From Candidatus Hadarchaeota archaeon (GTDB lineage: Archaea > CAYQAE01 > CAYVLA01): a stretch of DNA of 64,000 nt. Location: contig CAYVLA010000007.1 in assembly GCA_964452145.1 (NCBI GenBank), positions 1-64,000 of the forward strand, in the 5' to 3' direction. The notes below the pieces were generated by a model that worked only from the letters and a program-made list of their open reading frames with translations, did not search any database and was not told the DNA's origin. Both the position numbers and the translations under genes were made by a program. Positions 20,580 to 29,781 of the stretch are shown here, piece after piece (position 1 is the first letter of the stretch; each line of letters opens with the position of its first letter).

Positions 20580-20743
20580 CTTTCCAGATACCGAAGATCG
20601 ACATGGCCTGAAGACAACCCGCCCCCGATGTCTCAAGGGGCTGAGTGACTGAGCGGGCTAGAGTTATTAGTCGGGGCTCTACCAGCCCCCCAGAAGACCG
20701 TGCGAGGCAGCGTGTCGCTGCGGTATCAACGAGAGTGCTTTGC

Positions 20744-21352
20744 ATGCATCTGTTGCTGATAAGACATGGAGAGAGCGGGGTCGACCAAGCATGCCCCGAG
20801 GAGGGCACGCTCACCAAGAACGGCGTTCGCCAGGCCGAGCTGGCCGGAGAGGCCTTGATTGGTCAGGGAATCGAAAGGATGTTTTCGAGTCCCTACCCGA
20901 GGGCGATGCAGACCGCCCTGAACATCTCCAGGAAGATCGGCCTGCCCGTCGAGATTCGCCACAGGCTCCATGAGAAAAGCGGACCGGGCAAGCGAGAAAC
21001 AAGAAGCGAGATCGTGGCGAAGTTCCCCCAGTTCATCGTCCCCAAGGATATGCCCGAGGCGTGGTGGCCCGATCGCGATGAGACCTGGGAGGATGTCTAT
21101 TCGAGGGTTCGACCCCTGATTGCAGAATTCCAGTCGATGGAAGGCAAGCACGAGAGGATCGCCGCCGTCGCGCATGGAGGATCCATAGACGCCATAGCCT
21201 CCGTCTGGGTGGATTGCCCGCCCATGATCCAGTCAAGGTTCTACCATCACAACTGTTGCTTCACCCTTCTTTCCTACCGGGAGGGGAGGGCAAGGATACA
21301 CTACGTCAACCAGGTGGGTCACCTGGGATCCCGGGAGCTCTTCTTCTACTGA
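20744..21352 (+). CDS. Histidine phosphatase (phosphoglycerate mutase) family protein
   Basis: LLIRHGES, SSPYPRAMQTA, VAHGG, NQVGHL. Start trimmed to 20744. Confidence 0.9.
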   Translation: MHLLLIRHGESGVDQACPEEGTLTKNGVRQAELAGEALIGQGIERMFSSPYPRAMQTALNISRKIGLPVEIRHRLHEKSGPGKRETRSEIVAKFPQFIVPKDMPEAWWPDRDETWEDVYSRVRPLIAEFQSMEGKHERIAAVAHGGSIDAIASVWVDCPPMIQSRFYHHNCCFTLLSYREGRARIHYVNQVGHLGSRELFFY

Positions 21353-21420
21353 CGGCTCGGTGCGTTCCCCTCAAAGAGTCGCGGTCGATGCTGGACGGCT
21401 GGCCAGGCGAGCGACAGATC

Positions 21421-22479
21421 TCACAACATCTGCTCTAGGAACTTGAATGCCCCCTTTCCATAGAACTGGTGTTCCCCTTCGAAGATCTCCAAGCCCAACT
21501 TCTCCGGGCACCCGAGGGCCTTGTAGACCGCCCGGGCCTTCCTGATCGCCGTCCGGGTTGCCTTATATGGGAAGATGCCATCCTTGGTTCCGCTCTCAGC
21601 AAAGAGCGCCCTTGGTGCGATCAGGCCTGCGATGTCGTACATCTCGGCGTATCGGAGAATTCCGGGCACATAGTTGTCCATGCAATGCGACAGGCTGAAG
21701 ATGCTGGCCTTGAAGGTGTTGAAGTAACCGCTAACCACGGCCACCTTCACGCGCTCATCCAAAGCCGCGAGGTGAAAGGTCGTGGTCCCTCCGCCTGAGA
21801 TCCCCATCGCGGCCATCCGTGCGGGGTCCACCTCTTTTCTGGTCTGCATGTAGTCAAGGGCCCTCACGGCGTCGTAGACCCTCCAGCCTATCATCGTCTG
21901 GCCCAGCAGCAGGGCTGCGCCTGAGGCAGGTTGGCATGAGGAATTGCCCGGACCTCCCTTCCTGGCCCTCTCATCCCTGCGCCTGCCAAATCCCAGCTGC
22001 TCGATCGCCAGGGTCGCGAAGCCGCGGTCGACGCACTGAAGCGCGAAATCTCTTTGGTACTCCCCGTATTCGCTTCTCTGGGTTCCGTCCTCGGCTATGC
22101 CGACTATGCTATCCACGCCCCTGCCATGTCCGTGCAGGCACAGAACGGCGGGCAGGGGGGCCTCCGGAACCGGTTTGGGAAGCAGGTAGTAGCCAAAGAC
22201 GGAGAGGTTGTTCCTGCTTCGGGACACGACCCTCTCCCTGGTATAGCCTCCGAAATCCTCTATGCCGAGGCTCTGTGGACGCAGAGAGCACTTTCTGATG
22301 GGAGACTCCCCGAGAAGCTCGACTAGCTTGCCCCGTAGCTTTCTCTGCCAGATCTCAGTCTCCCTTGCAGTTCGCGCGTCGAACGTCATCTGGGGTCTGT
22401 TGGACCTGTACTCCTTGAGGGAAAACGCCAGCGTGTCGAAGCAAGGTTCCTCTGCCAAATCGCATCCTCTCCTACGCAT
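21421..22479 (-). CDS. Alpha/beta hydrolase (dienelactone hydrolase/acetylxylan esterase-like)
   Basis: LCLHGHG, GWRVYDAVRALDY, GISGGG, LIAPR, D..F, GEH triad motifs. Start approximate. Confidence 0.88.
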   Translation of the reverse strand: MRRRGCDLAEEPCFDTLAFSLKEYRSNRPQMTFDARTARETEIWQRKLRGKLVELLGESPIRKCSLRPQSLGIEDFGGYTRERVVSRSRNNLSVFGYYLLPKPVPEAPLPAVLCLHGHGRGVDSIVGIAEDGTQRSEYGEYQRDFALQCVDRGFATLAIEQLGFGRRRDERARKGGPGNSSCQPASGAALLLGQTMIGWRVYDAVRALDYMQTRKEVDPARMAAMGISGGGTTTFHLAALDERVKVAVVSGYFNTFKASIFSLSHCMDNYVPGILRYAEMYDIAGLIAPRALFAESGTKDGIFPYKATRTAIRKARAVYKALGCPEKLGLEIFEGEHQFYGKGAFKFLEQML

Positions 22480-22667
22480 CGTTGGACCGCCCCAGGCTCC
22501 CTGAGTCCTCGATCGTCGGAGGCCTGAACTCAAAGTAGTCCTGGCGCTCGTCGCGCCTGATTCTTCAGGCCCTTAAGATATTTCGGTGGGAGCCGATGCC
22601 GCAGGTCAAAGCCATTTCGCTGGATTGAACCAAATGATTTAACTTGGAGATGGTCGTCCCCTGGAGC

Positions 22668-23909
22668 ATGGGGTCCCATGCTCTTGTAGGCGTGGGGCTT
22701 GTCTTGTTGGTGCTTTGCCCCCCGGCACCGGCCGCCAAGGAGCCGGACATAATCGATGTGCTCTACATCTCCCGCTCGCTTTTCCAAGGCGGGATGACGG
22801 ACAGGATGCTTTCGTATGACCCCTCGATTTCGACCTACGCTGTCCCGACGGCTGGACACTACTCCATCTCGGACCTGGGGAAGGACCCGGAGATGATGAA
22901 CAGGATCATGAGGATCTACATGCCCCGGTCCTTCGAGCAACTCGTGGATAGGACCGACCTGATCCTGTTGCACGAAGCCCCGTGCGGAAGCACGGCCTTT
23001 CCCCAGGTCTTCTTCGATCACAGGTGGATCTCGTGGTTCGCCAAAGCCGTCCAAGAAAGGGGGATGCCATTCAGCATGTGGGGAGGGGATGCCTCCTGGG
23101 GCGGCGTGGGCGAGGGCTCGTACAAGTCGTGGGGAGATACCATCCTCGGCATCATCTTGCCTTTCGAGTGCCTGCCTGGTTACAATCCCGATTATGCCGG
23201 CCACCAGCTTCCGCGGTTCGTCGATCAGAATCATCCCTTGGCCAGGCTTCCATGGGCGGAGTCAGGTCCGGTGGAGCTGCTGAACAAGGTCAAGGTTAGA
23301 GAAGGGGCCATCCTGGTTGCGGAGGCCGTGGGATCGAACGTGGCTTATCCGTGGATCGCATGGTGGGTCTCGGGTCAGGGGAAGGTCGTGGGGGAGACTC
23401 AGGTCTTCGGGAGCCATGGCACCACGAACAGGATGCTGCAGTACTGGAGATGGTACCAAGACTTCGTGATCTATCTCGTATACTTCGCGGCCGACAAGCC
23501 CATTCCCGACGATGTTTACCGGGCCCACCGTCTCCGAGAGGAAATCAACCTGCACAACGATAATGCCGTGTTGTTGGTGTCTCTCCTCGAGTTCGTTGAG
23601 AAGTTCGGGGCAAGAACGGGCCAGCTCTATGCCGATCTAGATGCTATCAACAGGCGCGAGAAGGAGGGTGAAGCGTTGTACAGGGAGAACGACTACGATG
23701 AGGCTAGCCGGGTCTTCGAGGAGATCAAGGATCTCTGGGCCGAGCTCAACGAGAAAGCGGTTCAAGCCAAGGACAAGGCACTCGTCTGGGTCTATCTCAC
23801 CGAATGGTTCTCGGTGACGGGAGCGTCGCTGGTCACCGGGTTCGTACTATGGTCCCTGATGGTCAAGAGGACTTTGTATCGAGCGGTTGGCGCGACGCGG
23901 GTCGTCTGA
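22668..23909 (+). CDS. Secreted, C-terminally anchored protein of an uncharacterised paralogous family (copy 1)
   Basis: Signal peptide ending APA; RIYMPR motif; C-terminal KALVWVYLTEW-TM-LWSLMVKRTLYRAVGATR; aligns by eye with 37882-39162 and 57399-58634. TATA-like ATTTAA about 25-30 nt upstream of ATG 22668. Confidence 0.85.
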   Translation: MGSHALVGVGLVLLVLCPPAPAAKEPDIIDVLYISRSLFQGGMTDRMLSYDPSISTYAVPTAGHYSISDLGKDPEMMNRIMRIYMPRSFEQLVDRTDLILLHEAPCGSTAFPQVFFDHRWISWFAKAVQERGMPFSMWGGDASWGGVGEGSYKSWGDTILGIILPFECLPGYNPDYAGHQLPRFVDQNHPLARLPWAESGPVELLNKVKVREGAILVAEAVGSNVAYPWIAWWVSGQGKVVGETQVFGSHGTTNRMLQYWRWYQDFVIYLVYFAADKPIPDDVYRAHRLREEINLHNDNAVLLVSLLEFVEKFGARTGQLYADLDAINRREKEGEALYRENDYDEASRVFEEIKDLWAELNEKAVQAKDKALVWVYLTEWFSVTGASLVTGFVLWSLMVKRTLYRAVGATRVV

Positions 23910-23945
23910 TGGGGATTAGTCATCACGGCCATTCTCCCCTTCTTT

Positions 23946-25550
23946 TCATCTGCTTCTCTCCAGCACCAGGACCCAGTCCTGAAATATCGGCGGCCTGGGG
24001 GATCGCCAGTCACCGTTGGAATCCGGGCGAGCTCTGCCCGCGGGATAGGTCCTACCATTCTTGGGATCTATCAGCGAGGCCTTGTAGGACAGACCCTCCT
24101 CCAGTGCCTTGACCACCACGGTTCTGGACGACGGCAGGTACATCACCCGTACCTGGCCCGGGATGCCGGCAGCGTAGGGAAGGAAGTAGTCCTCTCCGCC
24201 GGAGTGGGGCTCGACCCACTCCTGGTGGGGCTCGAAGTCCCAGCATGGGAACCTCTCAAGTATCCTCTTCCCCAAAGCCAGGTGTCTTGATCCAGGCAAA
24301 TGGTAGGCCTCCTCCCACGGAGTATCCCCCCAGGAGGAACCGTGGGGCGAGGGACCGAAGGGCTTCTCTTCGGTGTTGACCTGCCATATCCCGTTGGCTC
24401 CATACGTGTGGCCGCCCGCTCCGAGCAAGAAGGAGGACCAGAACGCCAGCCTCTGGATCTCGGAGCGACTGGCCTCCAGTATGCCTTCGTAGCATACCTC
24501 GCCCACGACGACGGGCATTCTAGGTTCTCGACGCAGGGATTCCATGACGCTCTTGGCGTGATTGGGGATGCTCTGCCTGTCGCTGTGGCCGGTCTGCAGC
24601 ATATCCAGGTCCAGGACCGAGGCATCCTCCACCTGATCCCGGCCGAAGTTGTTCGGATGTATCGTCATCGGATGCCGGTGGGGATCAGTCGCCCGCAGGT
24701 ACCTTGCTATCTCCGTCCACCCGGATTTCTGGAAAGCTTTCTCCTCCTCCTTCCTCTCGGACAGGTAATAGGGCATTGTGGCCTCCCCTGCAAGGCACCA
24801 GATGACGGGATAGCATCCGTACCTGGCAACTAGGTAGCGCCAGTGCTGTTTCATCTTGGCCACGCCCATCCACGGGAGAAAGTAGCCCCAGCAGCCGACG
24901 ATGCACGGCACAAGTCCGGTGCGCACCAACCACTCGATGCGCAGGTCGGCCATGTCGAAGTACGCGGGGTTGATGCGCGCGTACCGTCTCTCCCACGGGT
25001 ATCCAGCTTCGTTGGCGCCCCGTTGATCGAAGGGAGGCATGTCAGGATACAGCCCGGCCACTATCTGTACGACCGTGAAGCCGAGCTCCTTTCTGTCGGC
25101 AGCCAGAAGCTTGAAATCCTCCGGCCAACCCAGCCGCCTGCAAAGACCCATCCACCAGGTGTCGCCAAGCCAGAAGAAGGGGGTCCCGTCAGCATGCTCC
25201 AAGTGTCGACCATCCCGGCTTACGCGCAAGCTCCCATGCTTGATGAGGGGGTTATCTCCGCGGTATTCCACTGCCCTGAGTTCACCGGTTCGATTGCTCA
25301 GGGACTCATTTTCCGGATCAGAGCAAACGCTGCGGTAGGTATATCTGCCAGGGTGCGGAGGTGCGAACCTTATCCTCCACTCCTCTTCTCCAGCCCAGAA
25401 AGCCGGTACTCCCCATTCGTTTCCGGATTCGTCAGAGAAGATCACATCCAGCTCCAGTGCATTGAAAGGGTCCCTGTAGACCTCGCTGCTTTGGAAGGAC
25501 CACTCGGTCGCCTGGTTGGTAGCGCAATTGATCCTGCGTGCCACAGTCAC
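23946..25550 (-). CDS. DUF5060 + DUF4038 (apiosidase/GH140-like) glycoside hydrolase
   Basis: PAFWAG..W.IRFAP, DGTPFFWLGDTWW, YLVARYG, WCLAGE, TIHP, QTGH, GEVCYEG, GHTYGANGIWQ, C-terminal DWVL. Confidence 0.85.
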   Translation of the reverse strand: MTVARRINCATNQATEWSFQSSEVYRDPFNALELDVIFSDESGNEWGVPAFWAGEEEWRIRFAPPHPGRYTYRSVCSDPENESLSNRTGELRAVEYRGDNPLIKHGSLRVSRDGRHLEHADGTPFFWLGDTWWMGLCRRLGWPEDFKLLAADRKELGFTVVQIVAGLYPDMPPFDQRGANEAGYPWERRYARINPAYFDMADLRIEWLVRTGLVPCIVGCWGYFLPWMGVAKMKQHWRYLVARYGCYPVIWCLAGEATMPYYLSERKEEEKAFQKSGWTEIARYLRATDPHRHPMTIHPNNFGRDQVEDASVLDLDMLQTGHSDRQSIPNHAKSVMESLRREPRMPVVVGEVCYEGILEASRSEIQRLAFWSSFLLGAGGHTYGANGIWQVNTEEKPFGPSPHGSSWGDTPWEEAYHLPGSRHLALGKRILERFPCWDFEPHQEWVEPHSGGEDYFLPYAAGIPGQVRVMYLPSSRTVVVKALEEGLSYKASLIDPKNGRTYPAGRARPDSNGDWRSPRPPIFQDWVLVLERSR

Positions 25551-25887
25551 GCCTCGTGGCCAAGCTTTATGTCTGGCAGATAAAGATTACCCGAGACCGA
25601 GACCTAAGATCCTCTACAGATTCCCTGTTTTGGCGCATGTAGGTTACCTCGAGGTTTGCAGGGTCCGCGGCCTTCCCCCCCAACGAATCGAAAGGCAAGG
25701 AATTCCTTTCACATCGGTCGCAGCCGTCAGACAGGCAGATCGGATTCCTCACCATCACGCCGTTCCATCGAAGATCCTTACCGAACAGCTTGACGAAGGT
25801 TCAGGGAACCCTTCAAACCCGGGAAACTTCCACAGGCCCTTACCCAATTCCCCACCTTTATATCCCAACCGGCGCTTCGCCAATTGG

Positions 25888-26352
25888 ATGCGCAGGCAGT
25901 TTCTGGTTCCACTTCTGAACTCCTTGCTGTGTGCCCTGATCATTGGCATCTGCGTCTCAGTGTTCCTGACTCGAGGTCTGGGGCTCTATGCTGCAAGGGC
26001 GACCGGGAAGTCCATGCTGCCAACCATTCCCAGCGACGCGCTCATCATCCTCGCCCGCAGGCAGCCCAGTGTGGGTGACATCGTCCACGTCAAGAACCAG
26101 AGATACAACTACGTCCATAGGCTCATTGGGATCGACGGGGAGGATGTGTCGACCAAGGGTGATAACTGCGATGAACCGGAGTACGCCGCGATCGACGACA
26201 TCATGGGAGTCGTCGTACTATACGCGCCTTTCAAGGTGTTCCTCGTCTTCGTCATGGGCATAGTGGGCTCCGAGGCCACACTGGCGGGTACCTGGTCCTT
26301 TTCAATGCTTAGGGATGCCTGGCGGAAGAGGCACTCATCCATCGGTCTTTAA
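25888..26352 (+). CDS. Signal peptidase I-like S26 peptidase (archaeal/Sec11 Ser-His type)
   Basis: GKSMLPT, VGDIV, YVHRL, TKGDN motifs; TM helices at both ends; TTTATAT about 25-30 nt upstream. Confidence 0.85.
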   Translation: MRRQFLVPLLNSLLCALIIGICVSVFLTRGLGLYAARATGKSMLPTIPSDALIILARRQPSVGDIVHVKNQRYNYVHRLIGIDGEDVSTKGDNCDEPEYAAIDDIMGVVVLYAPFKVFLVFVMGIVGSEATLAGTWSFSMLRDAWRKRHSSIGL

Positions 26353-26480
26353 CAACCCTGCTCCTTGGCTTGCATGGGGAGCGGAGAGCCCGGGGGGAAC
26401 AGAATCGATGCCCCGCGAATCCACACACCCCGAAAAGATATTTACTCGACTGCAACGGGCACGACTTGGTTGCTGGGTCA

Positions 26481-27851
26481 ATGGCAGGAAAGGAGTTCGA
26501 TCTTACCCCAAGGCAAACACGGCGAGTGGAGACCAGACATCGGAGAATTGTGACCAAGTTCCCCGTGCCACAGTCCCTGCCGGTTCTTCGCAAGTTGCGC
26601 AGATACGAGCCCCGATCCATGGGGGGCCAGCCTCCCGTCGTATGGGATCATGCCGAGGGATTCCAGGTCTGGGATGCCTACGGCAACATGTGGATCGATT
26701 GGAGTTCTGGTGTTCTCGTCGCAAGCGCCGGACACGGGCGGGACACCATTGTGGACGCCATAGTTCACCAAGCCCACAGCAAACTTCTCCACAACTACTG
26801 CTTCCCGAGCGCGATCAGAGCGGAACTGGCCGAGAAACTGGTCTCGCTGGCACCAAAGAGAATAAGCAAGTGCTTCCTGCTCACTACCGGCGCCGAGGCA
26901 ACCGAGAACGTCGTCAAGCTGGGCCGGACCTACGGCAGATCGCTGAGCAAGACGAAGACCGTGATCGTGACCTTCGAGAACGCCTTCCATGGCAGAACCA
27001 TGGGGGCCCAGCTTGCCGGTGGGATCCCGGAACTAAAGAACTGGCTGGCCGGCTTGGACACGGGCTTCGTTCAGGTCCCCTTTCCGGACGGCTTCCGGTG
27101 CGAGGATCAGAGCTTCGAGCTGTTTGAGACACGCCTGAAAGAGAAAGGGGTCAGGGCAGCGGATGTTGCCTGCGTCATGACCGAGACCTACCAAGGCGGC
27201 GGGGCAAGCTTTGCCCCAAAGCAATACATCAAGGAACTGCGTGAGTGGTGCGATGAAAACGGTGCACTTCTCGCCTTTGATGAGATCCAGGCAGGGTTCG
27301 GGAGGACGGGGAAGCTCTGGGGTTTCGAGCATTACGGCGTCGTTCCCGACCTGATATGCTGTGGAAAGGCGATATCAAGTTCTCTGCCTCTCTCGGCGGT
27401 GCTGGGCCGCGGTGATGTGATGGATCTCTACGCCCCGGGGACGATGACCAGCACCCACAGCGGGAACCCCGTCTGCTGCGCCGCGGCACTTGCCAACATC
27501 CAGACGATCGAGAGCGAGGACCTAATCGGCAACGCACTGAAGGTTGGGAGGATTCTGCACTCTTCTCTGGAGAAGGTCAGAAGAAGGCATGCCGATGTCA
27601 TTGGAGCCGTTCACGGCAAGGGACTGGTGGCAGGGGTCCACATCGTGAAGGCCGGAACCAAGGAGCCCGACGGGGATCTGGCCTTCAGAATTGTCGAGGA
27701 ATGCGTCAGGGGAGGGCTTCTGATGTTCAGCCCGGTGGGCTTCGGTAGCGCCACGGTGAAGATAAGTCCGCCCCTTGTGATCACCGCGGAGGCCATCAAG
27801 GAAGGCGTCGAGGTGCTTGAGGAAGCCATTGCGGAAGCTAGAAAACCCTAG
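26481..27851 (+). CDS. Class III PLP aminotransferase (GabT/ArgD-like)
   Basis: DAYGNMWIDW, TGAEATE, AFHGRT, DEIQAGFGRTG, PDL..CGK, STHSGNP. Confidence 0.92.
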   Translation: MAGKEFDLTPRQTRRVETRHRRIVTKFPVPQSLPVLRKLRRYEPRSMGGQPPVVWDHAEGFQVWDAYGNMWIDWSSGVLVASAGHGRDTIVDAIVHQAHSKLLHNYCFPSAIRAELAEKLVSLAPKRISKCFLLTTGAEATENVVKLGRTYGRSLSKTKTVIVTFENAFHGRTMGAQLAGGIPELKNWLAGLDTGFVQVPFPDGFRCEDQSFELFETRLKEKGVRAADVACVMTETYQGGGASFAPKQYIKELREWCDENGALLAFDEIQAGFGRTGKLWGFEHYGVVPDLICCGKAISSSLPLSAVLGRGDVMDLYAPGTMTSTHSGNPVCCAAALANIQTIESEDLIGNALKVGRILHSSLEKVRRRHADVIGAVHGKGLVAGVHIVKAGTKEPDGDLAFRIVEECVRGGLLMFSPVGFGSATVKISPPLVITAEAIKEGVEVLEEAIAEARKP

Positions 27852-28000
27852 ACGGATCTCCCTTTCGGTCTGGGAGACCTTGTTGGGCGACGAGTTCCGC
27901 TTCCCGAGCATCCGACCTCTCCAGATGATGATCGGCTCTGGGCGGTTGCACAGATCCGACTTGCGCACGATTTATATTATGCATGGCCTCGTGCGTGCAC

Positions 28001-29206
28001 ATGGACGACAAACTGAACATCCTGGTGGTTGGAGGAGGAATGATCACCGAGGAGGTCATACTTCCCACCATGTTCCAGGAGAAAAGGCGAGGCCTAGTAG
28101 GTGAGATACTCGTTGCCAGCCGGAGACCGAGCACCATCTCCCGTCTGCGCCACGCATTCCCGGACGAAGAGTTCAAGGCATTCCCCGACCCCTCAGATCA
28201 CCCTCTCGAGTCCTCCCATCCTCTCTGCTATCGAGATGCCCTAAAGCAGCTCGCGCACCCAGGAGCCGTCATCGTGGCGACTCCCGATCATCTGCACACC
28301 GAGGTCGTTATCAGCGCTTTGGATCACGGATTCGACTGCATAGTCCAGAAACCTCTCTGCCTGAAGACCGCGGAGGCGAATGCCATCGCCCGGAAGGCGA
28401 GGGAGAAGGCCGCCTACGTCTACACGGACTATCACAAGAGACATGACAAGGCCATAAGGGCGGCTAGGTACCGGTACATGAGGGGAGAGCTGGGGCAGAT
28501 GCTTCACGGCCACGCCTGGATCGAAGAGAGAAGGGAGATGTCACTGAAGGTCTTCCAGAACTGGGCCGAGAAGAGTTCTCCCTTCGAATACATCGGAGTG
28601 CACTACGTCGACGCCTACTACTACATCACCGGCCTCAGGCCCGTCCGGGTCATCGCCTTCGGGCAGAAGAAGTTCCTGCCAAGGCACGGCAAGGACTGCT
28701 TCGACGCGGTGCAGGCGGTGATAGAGTGGGAAGACGGCTCCGTCCTCTTCGTTCAGACCTCGTGGGTGCTCCCGGATTCCAACCCGAACCTGACGAACCA
28801 GGGGCTCCAGCTCACGGGAACGGAAGGCACCTACGCTGCCGACCACGCCAACAGAAACTGCAACTTCGTAACCACAGCCCACGGGACCGAGACCTACAAT
28901 CCCTACTTCTTCAAGCCCTACCCTGACTGGGATGACCCTGGGAAGACGGAGTGGGCCGGGTACGGGGGGGATAGCCTGGTCCAGCCCATCCATGACCTTC
29001 TCAGCATTCATCGCCGGACGAAAGGTCTGGCGGAACCCGAGGCCAAGGCGGTCAGGCTGAGGATCCTGGAGGAGCTGGGGAAGGTCCGTCCACTGCCCGA
29101 ACAGGCGCTAATCGGGACCGCTGTCAACGAAGCGGTGAGGCTTAGCATGACCAATGGCTCCAGAGCGGTGGTCTTCGGAGAGGGCATGACACCAATGCTG
29201 ACCTAG
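28001..29206 (+). CDS. Gfo/Idh/MocA family oxidoreductase
   Basis: ILVVGGG, VATPDHLH, QKPLC, DYHKRHD, GVHYVD; TTTATATT about 25-30 nt upstream of ATG 28001. Confidence 0.88.
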   Translation: MDDKLNILVVGGGMITEEVILPTMFQEKRRGLVGEILVASRRPSTISRLRHAFPDEEFKAFPDPSDHPLESSHPLCYRDALKQLAHPGAVIVATPDHLHTEVVISALDHGFDCIVQKPLCLKTAEANAIARKAREKAAYVYTDYHKRHDKAIRAARYRYMRGELGQMLHGHAWIEERREMSLKVFQNWAEKSSPFEYIGVHYVDAYYYITGLRPVRVIAFGQKKFLPRHGKDCFDAVQAVIEWEDGSVLFVQTSWVLPDSNPNLTNQGLQLTGTEGTYAADHANRNCNFVTTAHGTETYNPYFFKPYPDWDDPGKTEWAGYGGDSLVQPIHDLLSIHRRTKGLAEPEAKAVRLRILEELGKVRPLPEQALIGTAVNEAVRLSMTNGSRAVVFGEGMTPMLT

Positions 29207-29485
29207 CAGGAGGGTCCGGACCTGACAAGACGCGCACGCGTTCAGAAGCGGCCGGGGAGCGAAGGGTAGAGGTACCTGAAAGCACCACACCAACTGGGGA
29301 TGGAGCAAGGGTCGTTGATCGACTCGCTTGAATGATGAGAGGCGAAGGCCCCGGCTTGAGACTGGTGTTAGCAGGGTTCAAGAGGATCTTCGACGATTTC
29401 GAATCCCAGTCTCGGAGAATTCGCACATCAGAACCCGGGCGGACGTACGTCCCCTGGGACACCGGTCGACGAAGAGGAGACCGAC

Positions 29486-29665
29486 TCAGTACTTCAGCAT
29501 GATGGATATCTTGTGCTTGTCCCAGTAGTCTCTGTGCTTCATGAAGATGTGGTTGTTCAGCTCGTTGCGCCTGTGAAGTCTCTTGCATCTGGGGCAACGA
29601 ACCTGATAGTCTGTCCTCTTCCTCTTCAGCAGGCTGTAGACTATCTCGTCCTCGTTGATTGCCAC
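29486..29665 (-). CDS. Small C2H2-type zinc-finger protein (59 aa), absent from the ORF track
   Basis: Manual translation from GTG: MAINEDEIVYSLLKRKRTDYQVRCPRCKRLHRRNELNNHIFMKHRDYWDKHKISIMLKY*. Pattern is C-x2-C-x11-H-x4-H; third codon positions are mostly G/C, as in neighbouring genes; AT-rich promoter upstream. Confidence 0.8.
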   Translation of the reverse strand: MAINEDEIVYSLLKRKRTDYQVRCPRCKRLHRRNELNNHIFMKHRDYWDKHKISIMLKY

Positions 29666-29667
29666 GC

Positions 29668-29682
29668 AACAATATAATTGTT
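29668..29682. promoter_or_regulatory. Perfect inverted repeat AACAAT-ata-ATTGTT immediately upstream of the zinc-finger start codon
   Basis: Read directly from the sequence; lies in an AT-rich patch (about 29665-29740). Confidence 0.45.
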
Positions 29683-29781
29683 AGGAAAATTTAGTGATTT
29701 TGTAGAAAATGGCTGTTATTTGTAACGTTATGGTTTACCTTTGGCGGCTTTCTTTACCCCGGAATGCCCAGGGATCGGCTC

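Noticed and set aside
29332..29338. Box C-like ATGATGA (another near 27924) suggesting C/D sRNAs
   Set aside because: No properly spaced CUGA box D or terminal stem.
29142..29672. 176-aa ORF in the track
   Set aside because: Shadow frame of the 59-aa zinc-finger gene; it overlaps the end of the opposite-strand oxidoreductase.
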